Below are positions 35,387 to 45,622 of a DNA stretch of 64,000 nucleotides, piece by piece. The position numbers and the translations under genes were made by a program. Numbering within the stretch: position 1 is the stretch's first letter; each line of letters begins with the position of its first letter. This stretch comes from an uncultured delta proteobacterium (GTDB lineage: Bacteria > Desulfobacterota > Desulfomonilia > UBA1062), in contig CAWAUM010000007.1 in the NCBI GenBank assembly GCA_963785235.1, forward strand, positions 128,001 to 192,000, in the 5' to 3' direction. The notes under the pieces are model-generated. The model searched no databases and had not been told where the DNA came from. It worked only from the letters and a program-made list of their open reading frames with translations.

Positions 35387-36931
35387 TTGAAAGGTTCTGG
35401 GCCCTCCGACCTCCGGCAAAAGGGCATTTTTCCCAACCTGTCCGTGTGTATTCGTCCTGCCGGGGGACACAGAGATATTAACGGATGGTACAGGGCATCA
35501 TTTAGCGGAAGTGTTGTCTGTATTGTCCTGTATACCGCTTTCGGGTATATATTTGTCAGGGCGCATGCCGTTGGGATAGCAGCCGAGATGGCCCAATTGG
35601 CCCGTTTCGGCATGACCGCGCTCATCAATCCGCATGATGTCCATCTGAGCGCGCTGGGCCACCAGCTTGCCAGTGCCCTTTTCTTCGGAATGACGCTTGG
35701 AACCCTGAATGCCCTTGTGTGCATGGCGCTGACCTTTCCTGCGTGGGTCTCAGGCCGTTTTGCACGCCAGGATCTCTTTGCCTTTGCCGGGGCGGTCTCT
35801 GTATGCACATTCTTCACCTTCAGTACGGACATGCCCTGGGTATCTATCTGTTTCGGCCTTCTTTGCCCCTTGACCTTCACCTTTGTCTGGCTCTTTATGG
35901 TCAGGAAAACAGGGCACAGACGCATCAATAGAAAAAGATGGGCAATCTTCTGTGGAATCATCATTGCCCCCCTGGCGATTATCATCGGGACCGGCTCATC
36001 ATTCCTGACCATACGTGATTCCATGCTCTCCATGAGGGTTACAGAGGCATTGAGTGATGTCTACTATGAGCATACCCTTCTGTCTGCTGATGTGATCAAA
36101 CCCATTTCTGCCAGGTCCCAAAACGTAATTGCCTTATCTGATGATATAAAATCTCTCGGGTACACTCCCCACGGGACCCTCTGGATCAGGTCAGGCAGTC
36201 CTTGCTCGGTTAAAGGTGCAACCTTTGCGGTGAGCTCTCAGGGTTTGAACTGCAGGTCTCTCCGGCTTCCGGATGACAGCCGTAACGCAAATGATGATAA
36301 CAGGATAATAGAGAATCTGAGCAAGGCCATAGATCCCAACAAACGGATGCGCGGCGGTATCGGCTTCTTCTTTTTTTCCGGACCGTTGATCGTCATTACC
36401 GCACTCATCCTGTCATGGTTTGCCCTTGCACTGGAGATGGTTTTCGCCAGGAGCAGGCTGATCGCGTTCATACTTGTCATTGCCTATCTTTCGTTCTTTA
36501 TACCCTTGTTCCATGGGGCATATCTTCTGGCGCAGCTCAAGTCCCATCCGGAAAGGATATCAGACTACGGCGCCTCTACTGTGGAGAGGATGCGCTATGC
36601 CGCTGTAGCCACATATCCGGGTGCCCTGTCCAAGGAAGACCTTGTGCGGCTAATGCAGGACCCAAGCGCCCGTGTGCGGGTAAATGCCGTGGTCGAGGCA
36701 GGGGATCGTATGGACATGACCCTTGTGCCGGCCATTGATGCCAGGTTGAAAGACCCCAAAATGAATGTCCGGACCAAGGCATGCTGGGCCCTTGGCAGGA
36801 TACAATCGGATGAGGCGCTGAACCTCCTGGACAAGGCAGTACACGAAGATCCTTCATGGTATGTGCGGGATTATGCCTATGCCTCAATAGGCCGGATCAG
36901 GCCCGAGACCAAGGTGATATCCCTTAAGTAG
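35387..36931 (+). CDS. Multi-TM membrane protein with C-terminal HEAT/PBS-lyase repeats
   Basis: Hydrophobic segments; DPSARVRVNAV, DPKMNVRTKACWALG, DPSWYVRDYA; start uncertain. Confidence 0.7.
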   Translation: MKGSGPSDLRQKGIFPNLSVCIRPAGGHRDINGWYRASFSGSVVCIVLYTAFGYIFVRAHAVGIAAEMAQLARFGMTALINPHDVHLSALGHQLASALFFGMTLGTLNALVCMALTFPAWVSGRFARQDLFAFAGAVSVCTFFTFSTDMPWVSICFGLLCPLTFTFVWLFMVRKTGHRRINRKRWAIFCGIIIAPLAIIIGTGSSFLTIRDSMLSMRVTEALSDVYYEHTLLSADVIKPISARSQNVIALSDDIKSLGYTPHGTLWIRSGSPCSVKGATFAVSSQGLNCRSLRLPDDSRNANDDNRIIENLSKAIDPNKRMRGGIGFFFFSGPLIVITALILSWFALALEMVFARSRLIAFILVIAYLSFFIPLFHGAYLLAQLKSHPERISDYGASTVERMRYAAVATYPGALSKEDLVRLMQDPSARVRVNAVVEAGDRMDMTLVPAIDARLKDPKMNVRTKACWALGRIQSDEALNLLDKAVHEDPSWYVRDYAYASIGRIRPETKVISLK

Positions 36932-37033
36932 CAGCAAATATGCCTGTCGTCCTTGAGATAACATGGAATCTGTGTTAGGCATTCTTTCGTTGAAAACAAA
37001 TAATCTGGGCAAACCAGGCGATCGGGGCAGCTT

Positions 37034-37882
37034 ATGATTCAGATAAAAGACAAACCGCCGGCCAAAAGAAAAGAAGAGGGAAAAGAGAATCCAAAAGAGA
37101 GGCTTTCCCTCATCAGGCACACCATCATGGTCATGAGCGGCAAGGGCGGTGTGGGCAAATCCACCGTGGCTGCCAACCTGGCGGCAGGACTGGCGCGACT
37201 GGGACATGCCGTGGGTGTCCTTGACGGCGACATGCATGGCCCCGATATCCCGAAGATCCTGGGCATTGAGGACTGCTCCCTAAAGGGCGATGAAGATGGA
37301 TATATGATCCCTGTGGATGTTTACAAAAATCTCAGGGCAGTCTCCGTAGGGAACCTTCTGGAAAATAAGGACCAGCCCATTATCTGGCGCGGCCCCGTGA
37401 AGCATTCGGTGATGAAGCATTTTATCAATGACGTAAAATGGGGTGAGCTTGATTTTCTCATCGTCGACCTCCCTCCCGGCACAGGGGACGAGCCGCTTTC
37501 TATTGCACAGCTCATAAGGCAGGCCCATGCAGACCGATCGCCCTGGGCCGTCATCGTCACGACACCCCAGGATGTTGCCCTGCTGGATTCACGCAAGAGT
37601 GTTGAATTCGCAAAGGCATTAAATCTGAACATGCTCGGCATTATCGAGAATATGAGCACCTTTTCCTGTCCCCACTGCGGACATGCCATCGATCTTTTCA
37701 AGGCAGGAGGGGGTGAACATGCCGCCCATGATCTTGATGTACCTTTTCTGGGTGCCATACCCATTGACCCGGCTGTTGTGCGGGATACCGACAGCGGCAG
37801 GCCATTCATGCTCTATAACATGAGCTGTACTGCAGGCATGGCCTTTCAACGAATCGTAGAAAAGATACTGAAATCTTTCTAA
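37034..37882 (+). CDS. apbC: Mrp/NBP35 (ApbC) Fe-S carrier ATPase
   Basis: SGKGGVGKST, IIWRGP, DLPPGTGDE, ENMS..CPHC. Confidence 0.92.
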   Translation: MIQIKDKPPAKRKEEGKENPKERLSLIRHTIMVMSGKGGVGKSTVAANLAAGLARLGHAVGVLDGDMHGPDIPKILGIEDCSLKGDEDGYMIPVDVYKNLRAVSVGNLLENKDQPIIWRGPVKHSVMKHFINDVKWGELDFLIVDLPPGTGDEPLSIAQLIRQAHADRSPWAVIVTTPQDVALLDSRKSVEFAKALNLNMLGIIENMSTFSCPHCGHAIDLFKAGGGEHAAHDLDVPFLGAIPIDPAVVRDTDSGRPFMLYNMSCTAGMAFQRIVEKILKSF

Positions 37883-38083
37883 TATTTTGTATTACTTACG
37901 GTTCTGAATTAGATATGCCATAGCACCACAATCTTTTCCGGCACCACGCTTTTATCTTGACTGGTGAGCAGCCTTACCATAAATTCTGCTACAACCCGAT
38001 GGTAAGGGCATTTGGAATGGCATTAGGGATGAAACCTGTAGACAGCCTCTTTTAAGATGGAAGTAAGGTGAGAAAACAGACCT

Positions 38084-41000
38084 ATGTTTGAATTTCATAT
38101 ATCCCGTAGAGCTCGGGAACTCTATCAGTTCGATAAAACATTGTATTCCTTCTCGGGCAATGTGATCTTTGCCTCTGCGCATGCAGCAAGGGAATTTGCC
38201 GACAAGATGAACCACATCCGGGATGTTGCGGCGCATCCTGAACGAGCAGTGCGTGCCTCCGACATCAATGCCATGGGTTTGATCGATGAGGTGCTGCACT
38301 TTATGATAGAGGTTTACCGCAGGCAGGTTAACCCTAACATCATAAAGGATGCCTACGGATATGCCGCCTCCAGACTCACTGCGGTGGATAACACCTTGGA
38401 GCTCTTCTTAGACCAGTTTCCACCCAGGGATGTTTACATGGGCTTATCGTCGGTCAAGGAATATCTTGAATCCGCTACACTAGGAGTTTCAAACAAGCTC
38501 ATTGCCATGGAAGAGATGCTCTTGCTCTTCATCTCCAATGAGAATCCGGCGCTCATGCCCTATAAGGAGCTCTTTGACGACTCGCAGCTGAGAGAGGAAA
38601 CGCCTTATATCCAGATCATCACCTGCCTTGATGAATTTTTCAGGACACAACCGACCTTGGGAACTTTCGGACAGACCCTTCTCGATCTGCTGTTGGCGCC
38701 CATGAGGGCTGCACCTCATTCCCTCTATGACCAGCTTAACTATATCAGACTCCACTGGGGAACTGTATTAGCAGATCTTTATATCAAGCTGTTAGGCGGT
38801 ATCGACCTCATCAAGGAAGAAACCAAGGCCCGTTTCCTTGGCCCGGGAACCTCACCTGTCCCTTTTTTCACCCTGAAGGACATAGAAGATCTCGAGCGGT
38901 TCAGCGCGGACCTCGACTGGATGGCAAGCCTGGTGCTTATGGCCAAGAGCGTATATGTGTGGCTGCACCAGCTCTGCGTCAAATATCAAAGGCATATCTG
39001 GCGGCTCGACCAGATCCCCGACGAGGAGCTGGAGATACTCGCCAGATGGGGATTCACCGGGCTGTGGCTTATCGGCATATGGGAGCGGAGCCCTGCCTCG
39101 TGCACCATCAAGCAGATGACCGGAAACCCCGAGGCCGCTGCCTCGGCGTATTCCATCTATGATTACTCCATTGCATCAGAACTTGGCGGCGAGGAGGCCT
39201 TCGAAAACCTCAAGGCCCGCTCACTGCGTTACGGCATAAGGATGGCCACCGACATGGTGCCCAACCATATGGGCATCTACTCCAAGTGGGTTGTGGAACA
39301 TCCCGACTGGTTCATCCAGCTCGACCACAGCCCATTCCCGGGCTATCGGTTCAGCGGGGCCAACCTTTCAGGTGAAGAACGCGTGGAGATCCAGATTGAA
39401 GACGGCTACTGGGACAGGCGCGATGCCGCGGTGGTATTCCGGCGTCATGACCGTTACACCGGGCAAAGCAGGTATATTTACCATGGCAATGACGGAACGA
39501 GCATGCCCTGGAACGACACGGCCCAGCTGGATTTTTTAAAGCACGAGGTGCGCCAGGCGGTTATCAACCAGACCATTGCCATTGCAAAGAAATTCCCCAT
39601 CATCCGCTTCGATGCAGCCATGACGCTGGCCAAGAGGCACTTCCAGCGTCTCTGGTATCCGCCTCCAGGCTATGGCGGTGACATACCGTCGCGCTCCGGC
39701 CATGGGGTGTCGCCCGATGAGTTCGAAGAATGCTTTCCCATTGAATTCTGGAGGGAACTGGTGGACAGGGTTGCAGCAGAGGTGCCCAACACCCTGCTCC
39801 TGGCAGAGGCCTTCTGGCTCATGGAAGGGTACTTTGTGAGAAGCCTGGGCATGCACCGCGTCTATAACAGCGCCTTCATGAACATGCTCAAGACCGAAGA
39901 GAACAGCAAATACCGCGATGTCATGAAAAATGTGCTGCGCTTCAACCCCGAGATCCTAAGGCGGTTCGTCAACTTCATGAACAACCCTGACGAAGAGCCT
40001 GCGGTCCACGGGTTCGGCAAGGACGACAAGTATTTCGGCGTGGCCACGCTCATGGCAACCATGCCGGGCCTGCCCATGTTCGGCCACGGGCAGATAGAGG
40101 GGTACTCTGAAAAATACGGCATGGAATACAAGAGGGCCTATTGGGAAGAGACCATTGACGAGCACCTTGTAAGGCGTCATGAGCGCGAGATTTTCCCTCT
40201 CCTGAAGAAGCGCCGCCTTTTCAGCGGTGTGGAAAACTTTGTCATGTATGACGTGCGCACGCCGGAAGGACATGTGAACGAAGACATATTCGCCTATTCC
40301 AACAGGTATGGCGATGAGCGTTCGCTCGTGGTTTATAACAACCGCTATGCCGAGGTCACAGGCATCATCAAGAGTTCTGTGGGCATGAACATGGAAAACA
40401 ACGGCAGGAGGCACATCATCCATAAAGGCCTTGGAGATGGCCTGCAGCTGAAGAACGAGGGGGCTGTCTACTACACCTTCCGTGACCACAGGACAGGACT
40501 GGAATATATCCGTAACAGCCACAGGCTCTGGCAGGACGGGCTGATGATTCACCTTGGGGCTTTCGGGTGCCACGTTTTCACAACCTTCAGCGAGGTCTAC
40601 GACCACGACGGCGCATGCCGTATCCTTGAAGAGAAGCTCCTGGGCAAGGGAGTTCTTGATGTGATGAGGGCGCTGAGAGAGACCTATCTTGAAAAGGTGC
40701 TTGTGCCCTTTGGCGAGTTGCTTACCGGTGATACCCTGAGGATGCTCCTGGAGCAGGGAAGAAAAACTCTCAAGGTGCCTGCCGTGTACCAGGAACGACT
40801 GGTCTCGTTCCTGCGTAATGCCAGGGAATTTGCAGGATGGGCTGCCCGGGAGACCTCTGTGGCAGACAAGTCGTGCTCCATGATGGAGACGCTCTTCTTC
40901 ATGGATGCGGCAAGGGGCAAGACGCAATGGAAGAAAGACAAAAAGGCGCAGTCCGTAATGTCGCTCATTCCGGAGATCATGCCTGATGACCTCAAAGGCT

Positions 41001-41515
41001 GGAGGTTGGCTGTTTTCTGTTCTGTCGTGTCCCATATCGACGGACTTATGGTCGAGGAAGAGAAATCGGCAAGGTCCATCAAGCTGATTGAAGACTGGAT
41101 GCTGGACTGGGCATTGGAAAAGGCCATGGTAATCCTCGGCACGGACGAGGGCAGTGCACGATACGAGGTGTCTCTGATTAAGATCCTCACCCGGTATCAA
41201 GGGCAGAGCGCCCTGCAGAATATGAAACAATTCAGTTCCAAGATGAAAGAAATGCTCGTTGATACACAAGTAAGAGACTTTCTCGGTTTCAACCGGTTCA
41301 ACGAAACATGGTGGTTTAACAAGGAGTCCATGGAGACACTGATCTCCTGGCTTGCTTTTTCGTCTGTCATGCAGCAACTCTCAGGTCAAAAGCACAGCGA
41401 AAAGGTTTTAAAGGAAATCCTGCACAAGACATACGAAACGTGTCAAGAACTCATGAAACGTGTTGAATCATCCGGATATGACGCATCAAAACTCTTAGCA
41501 TTGCTGGATACATAA
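38084..41515 (+). CDS. Large GH13 alpha-amylase-family protein
   Basis: DMVPNH, IRFDAAM, LAEAFW, FMNNPDE catalytic regions. Confidence 0.85.
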   Translation: MFEFHISRRARELYQFDKTLYSFSGNVIFASAHAAREFADKMNHIRDVAAHPERAVRASDINAMGLIDEVLHFMIEVYRRQVNPNIIKDAYGYAASRLTAVDNTLELFLDQFPPRDVYMGLSSVKEYLESATLGVSNKLIAMEEMLLLFISNENPALMPYKELFDDSQLREETPYIQIITCLDEFFRTQPTLGTFGQTLLDLLLAPMRAAPHSLYDQLNYIRLHWGTVLADLYIKLLGGIDLIKEETKARFLGPGTSPVPFFTLKDIEDLERFSADLDWMASLVLMAKSVYVWLHQLCVKYQRHIWRLDQIPDEELEILARWGFTGLWLIGIWERSPASCTIKQMTGNPEAAASAYSIYDYSIASELGGEEAFENLKARSLRYGIRMATDMVPNHMGIYSKWVVEHPDWFIQLDHSPFPGYRFSGANLSGEERVEIQIEDGYWDRRDAAVVFRRHDRYTGQSRYIYHGNDGTSMPWNDTAQLDFLKHEVRQAVINQTIAIAKKFPIIRFDAAMTLAKRHFQRLWYPPPGYGGDIPSRSGHGVSPDEFEECFPIEFWRELVDRVAAEVPNTLLLAEAFWLMEGYFVRSLGMHRVYNSAFMNMLKTEENSKYRDVMKNVLRFNPEILRRFVNFMNNPDEEPAVHGFGKDDKYFGVATLMATMPGLPMFGHGQIEGYSEKYGMEYKRAYWEETIDEHLVRRHEREIFPLLKKRRLFSGVENFVMYDVRTPEGHVNEDIFAYSNRYGDERSLVVYNNRYAEVTGIIKSSVGMNMENNGRRHIIHKGLGDGLQLKNEGAVYYTFRDHRTGLEYIRNSHRLWQDGLMIHLGAFGCHVFTTFSEVYDHDGACRILEEKLLGKGVLDVMRALRETYLEKVLVPFGELLTGDTLRMLLEQGRKTLKVPAVYQERLVSFLRNAREFAGWAARETSVADKSCSMMETLFFMDAARGKTQWKKDKKAQSVMSLIPEIMPDDLKGWRLAVFCSVVSHIDGLMVEEEKSARSIKLIEDWMLDWALEKAMVILGTDEGSARYEVSLIKILTRYQGQSALQNMKQFSSKMKEMLVDTQVRDFLGFNRFNETWWFNKESMETLISWLAFSSVMQQLSGQKHSEKVLKEILHKTYETCQELMKRVESSGYDASKLLALLDT

Positions 41516-41527
41516 GGAGTAACGATA

Positions 41528-42877
41528 ATGGGCAGACTATTCGGCACTGATGGAATCAGGGGAGTGGCAAACGTCCATCCCATGACCGCTGAAATGGCGC
41601 TCAAGGCGGGCAGGGCCATTGCTTATCTTTCAAGAAAAGAGGGCCATACGCCAAGAATCCTCATCGGCAAGGACACCAGGGTTTCCGGTTACATGCTTGA
41701 AAGCGCGCTGGTCTCGGGCATCTGTTCCATGGGCGCGGATGCCTTGCAGGTCGGGGTCATGAGCACGCCCGGGGTAGCCTTTCTCACGGTAAGCATGAGG
41801 GCGGATGCGGGCATCGTGATCTCAGCCTCCCACAACCCTTATGAGGACAACGGGATCAAGATATTTTCCAAGGATGGGTTCAAGCTTCCTGATTCGCGCG
41901 AGGCAGCCATTGAAAATATCCTCCTGGCAGAAGACTTCTCCACCTATCACGCCGAGCGGGAGAGCATCGGCAAGGCCTACCGCATTGACGATGCCAGGGG
42001 CCGTTACATCGTGTACCTCAAGCGCTCTTTCCCTGATGAGTATTCACTGGAAGGTATGAAGATCGTTCTCGACTGCGCCAATGGGGCAACCTACCGTATT
42101 GCGCCGGAGGTCTTTTTTGAGCTCGGCGCCAAGGTGTTACCCTTGTTCCACGAACCGGACGGCAAGAACATCAACAAGGGATGCGGATCACAGCACCCTG
42201 AGGCCCTTGCCTATGAGGTGGTCAAAAACGGAGCGGACGCCGGTTTTGCCTTTGATGGTGACGGCGACAGGGTGATTGCCGTGGACGAGAAGGGGGATGT
42301 GCTCACGGGCGACCATATGCTTGCCCTGTGCGCGGCATCCATGAAGAGACAGGGAACCCTGAAGCACAATCTCCTGGTGGCGACCGTCATGAGCAACCTG
42401 GGCATGAAGGTAGCGTTGAAGGAACATGGTATAGATATGGCAGAAACCAAGGTGGGTGACCGCTATGTGCTCGAGGAGATGCACAAGCGCGGGGCAGTCA
42501 TAGGGGGTGAGCAGTCGGGCCATCTCATCTTCCTTGATCATCATACCTCGGGTGACGGTATCATCTCGGCCCTGCAGGTGCTCAGGGCAATGAAGACCGA
42601 GGGCAAGCCGCTTTCAGAGCTTGCCAAGATCATGAAGGTCTTTCCCCAGAAGCTCATCAATATAGACGTTAAAAGCAAACCGGACCTGGAAACATTCCCG
42701 GAGATCATGTCGGTGATCAAAGAAGTGGAAGGGATGCTCGGCGAGAAGGGAAGGGTGCTTGTACGCTATTCCGGCACCCAGCAGATGTGCCGGGTGATGG
42801 TGGAGGGACCCACCGAGCACGAGACCGACAGGTACAGCCAGATGATCTCAAAGGTAATTGCCGACAGGATAGGTTAA
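41528..42877 (+). CDS. glmM: Phosphoglucosamine mutase
   Basis: LFGTDGIRG, ISASHNP, FDGDGDR, GGEQSGH, RYSGT. Confidence 0.97.
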   Translation: MGRLFGTDGIRGVANVHPMTAEMALKAGRAIAYLSRKEGHTPRILIGKDTRVSGYMLESALVSGICSMGADALQVGVMSTPGVAFLTVSMRADAGIVISASHNPYEDNGIKIFSKDGFKLPDSREAAIENILLAEDFSTYHAERESIGKAYRIDDARGRYIVYLKRSFPDEYSLEGMKIVLDCANGATYRIAPEVFFELGAKVLPLFHEPDGKNINKGCGSQHPEALAYEVVKNGADAGFAFDGDGDRVIAVDEKGDVLTGDHMLALCAASMKRQGTLKHNLLVATVMSNLGMKVALKEHGIDMAETKVGDRYVLEEMHKRGAVIGGEQSGHLIFLDHHTSGDGIISALQVLRAMKTEGKPLSELAKIMKVFPQKLINIDVKSKPDLETFPEIMSVIKEVEGMLGEKGRVLVRYSGTQQMCRVMVEGPTEHETDRYSQMISKVIADRIG

Positions 42878-42896
42878 GGACGTAAAGGACTGCTGC

Positions 42897-44168
42897 ATGG
42901 AAGCTGATCCCCGCATACAGGCGCTCATGAGCAAGGGTGTTACAATACCTGATGCCCTCAATATCATCATCGGAAAAGAAGTGGATCTGGATAAAGTATC
43001 GGGCAGCGATGTGGTCATTCACCCGGGGTGCAGGATTCAAGGCAGCAAGACCCTTATCATGGACGGTGTAAGACTTGGCCAGGAAGGTCCTGTTACCATC
43101 GAAGACTGCCAGATAGGGCCCAAGGTGGAGCTCAAGGGTGGTTACTTCAGGAAATCGGTCTTTCACAAGGGTTCAAGCATGGCATCCGGGGCACACGTCA
43201 GGGATGCATGCATACTTGAAGAAGAGGCAAGCTGTGCTCACACGGTGGGCCTCAAGCACACCATATTGTTCCCCTTTGTAACGCTGGGCAGCCTGATAAA
43301 CTTCTGCGATTGCCTCATGGCCGGGGGGACGAGCCGCAGGAACCACAGCGAGGTGGGCAGCTCGTACATCCACTTCAACTTTACCCCCAACCAGGACAAG
43401 GCGACCCCGTCGCTTCTCGGTGATGTACCCCACGGTGTCATGCTCGACCAGCAGCCCATTTTTCTTGGCGGCCAGGGAGGTCTTGTGGGCCCTTCGCTTA
43501 TCGGATACGGGACCGTGATTGCAGCAGGTGTCATCTTCCGGGGCGATTTCGCTGAAGGACATAAGATAATTACAGGCACACCGAATGTGCCGGCGCGAAA
43601 GAAATACATTCCAGGGCTCGTGATGAAGTTGAAGGACAAGGTCAGGAACAACATAGTTTACATTGCCAACCTTATCGCCCTGAAGGCATGGTACTACCAT
43701 GTCAGGTCCTTATTTGCCGGTTCAGGACCCTTGGACATTGCCCTGCTGGAAGGGGCCATTGAAAAGCTGGATATGGCCATAACCGAGAGGTTTGCAAGGT
43801 TTGAGGCCTTCATCGATAAGCTCCCTGAATCATTGATCCTGCACAAGGGTTCTGCCGGGTCATGGGCCCCGCCCGGCATGATCACTCAACAGGAGGAGCT
43901 GTTCAGGAACTGGAGCATGATAGCGGACTTGATAGAAGCAAACCGTTCGTACTCAGGCAGCGATGAGGTGAGGGACGCCTTCCTTGCAGCGCTTTATAAG
44001 GATATTCCCCAGGGGAACTCCGACTATATTGCTGCCATCAAGGGACTCCCGGAGGCAGTACGGAAAAGCGGAGTTGCCTGGCTGAACGGCATCGTGCAGG
44101 ATATCACCGATGGGGCGATGGATATGATACCATCATTTAAAATGTCTCCCGGCGCAGGGATTAAGTAA
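42897..44168 (+). CDS. Atypical GlmU-like protein (left-handed beta-helix-like region, no N-terminal uridylyltransferase domain)
   Basis: LMSKGVTIPD..., VVIHPGCRIQG, IEDCQIG resemble the GlmU linker and LbH start; directly downstream of glmM. Confidence 0.6.
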   Translation: MEADPRIQALMSKGVTIPDALNIIIGKEVDLDKVSGSDVVIHPGCRIQGSKTLIMDGVRLGQEGPVTIEDCQIGPKVELKGGYFRKSVFHKGSSMASGAHVRDACILEEEASCAHTVGLKHTILFPFVTLGSLINFCDCLMAGGTSRRNHSEVGSSYIHFNFTPNQDKATPSLLGDVPHGVMLDQQPIFLGGQGGLVGPSLIGYGTVIAAGVIFRGDFAEGHKIITGTPNVPARKKYIPGLVMKLKDKVRNNIVYIANLIALKAWYYHVRSLFAGSGPLDIALLEGAIEKLDMAITERFARFEAFIDKLPESLILHKGSAGSWAPPGMITQQEELFRNWSMIADLIEANRSYSGSDEVRDAFLAALYKDIPQGNSDYIAAIKGLPEAVRKSGVAWLNGIVQDITDGAMDMIPSFKMSPGAGIK

Positions 44169-45575
44169 TCAGCAATAACTGCTCCCATCCCAGCAGTGGG
44201 TGCACAGCCTCTCCTTGGGCAGGCCAATGGCCTGAATAAGGTCGCCCATGGTCTGGTACTTGAGCGATGTCATGCCTAGTGTTTTTCTGATCTGTTCCAC
44301 CATTGCACAGTTTTTTTCCGAACCTGCCGTGGCGTATTCATCGAGGAACAGATCGTCCTTACCCTCAAGGGCCTTAATGGCCTTTCTTCCTGCAAGGTCA
44401 AGCTGGGACCTTGAGGCTGAGAAGTTGAGAAACTCGCAGGGAAAGATCAGCGTCGGGCAGGCTATTCTCAGGTGAACCTCTCTGGCGCCGTATTCGTAGA
44501 GGATCTGAATGTGGTCCTGGAGCTGGGTGCCGCGCACGATGGAGTCATCGCAGAAGATCATGCGCTTCCCTTCGATGATGGCCCTGTTGGGGATGAGCTT
44601 CATCTTGGCAACCAGGTCCCTGACTTCCTGATTCTGAGGCATGAAGCTGCGTGGCCAGGTTGGGGTGTATTTTACATAGGGCCTCATGTAGGGGATGCCC
44701 TTTCCCATGGCATAACCCAGGGCATGGCCGATGCCGGAATCCGGAATTCCCGAGACAAGATCAGCCTCGATTGTGTCCTTGACCGCCAGGGCTTTTCCGC
44801 ACCGGTAACGGACTTCCTCTACGTTGATACCTTCATAAGCAGCCGGCGGATAGCCGTAGTAGACCCACAGGAATGAGCAAATCTGCATCTTGTCTCCTGG
44901 AGGGCTGACCTGTTTGTAGCCATCCGGAGTGATGAGAACAATCTCTGAGGGGCCTATAAAATACTCGGTATCAAATCCCAGATTCGGGAAGACGCTCGAC
45001 TCGGAGGATACGGCATATGCACCATCCTTGACCCCGATCACTATGGGCGTCCTGCCATATTTGTCACGGGCGGAATAGATACCCTCACGGGTCAGGATGA
45101 GCATGGTGCAGGAGCCCTTGATGCTGTCATGGACACGGCGGATGCCGTCTATGAAGTTGTCCTCCTCACAGATGAGCATGGCGATAAGTTCGGTGGGATT
45201 GATGTCAAAACCTGAGGTCTCGGAAAAATATTTTCTCTTGGAGAAGGCCCTTTTGCCGAGTTCATCAAGGTTATTTATCTTGCTCACGGTCACGATGCCG
45301 AAGGTACCCAGGTGGGAATTGATGATGAGCGGTTGAGAATCGGTGTCGCTGATGACACCTATTCCCATTCTGCCCTGGAACTGTGCGAGGTCAGTCTCGA
45401 ATTTGGAGCGGAAATAGTCATTTTCTATGCTGTGAATGGACCTGGTGAAGCCTTTCTCATTGACCACTGCCAGGCCGGCGCGTTTGGTGCCCAGGTGGGA
45501 ATGGTAGTCAGTGCCGTAGAAAAGGTCCTTAACGCAGTCTCGATCTTTTGAAACAATGCCGAATACCCCACCCAT
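44169..45575 (-). CDS. purF: Amidophosphoribosyltransferase (variant starting MGGVFG)
   Basis: RSFMP, KMKL, CDDSIVRGTQ (PRPP loop), Fe-S cysteines incl. CTHCW. Confidence 0.88.
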   Translation of the reverse strand: MGGVFGIVSKDRDCVKDLFYGTDYHSHLGTKRAGLAVVNEKGFTRSIHSIENDYFRSKFETDLAQFQGRMGIGVISDTDSQPLIINSHLGTFGIVTVSKINNLDELGKRAFSKRKYFSETSGFDINPTELIAMLICEEDNFIDGIRRVHDSIKGSCTMLILTREGIYSARDKYGRTPIVIGVKDGAYAVSSESSVFPNLGFDTEYFIGPSEIVLITPDGYKQVSPPGDKMQICSFLWVYYGYPPAAYEGINVEEVRYRCGKALAVKDTIEADLVSGIPDSGIGHALGYAMGKGIPYMRPYVKYTPTWPRSFMPQNQEVRDLVAKMKLIPNRAIIEGKRMIFCDDSIVRGTQLQDHIQILYEYGAREVHLRIACPTLIFPCEFLNFSASRSQLDLAGRKAIKALEGKDDLFLDEYATAGSEKNCAMVEQIRKTLGMTSLKYQTMGDLIQAIGLPKERLCTHCWDGSSYC

Positions 45576-45622
45576 ATTTACATCCCTCCATTGGAGTAAT
45601 ATCGTGTTGTATGATTATAGTT

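Noticed and set aside
39956-41377. Long antisense ORFs (also 16637-17782, 18731-19720, 47219-48067)
   Set aside because: Shadows of GC-biased real genes on the opposite strand, with no recognisable motifs.
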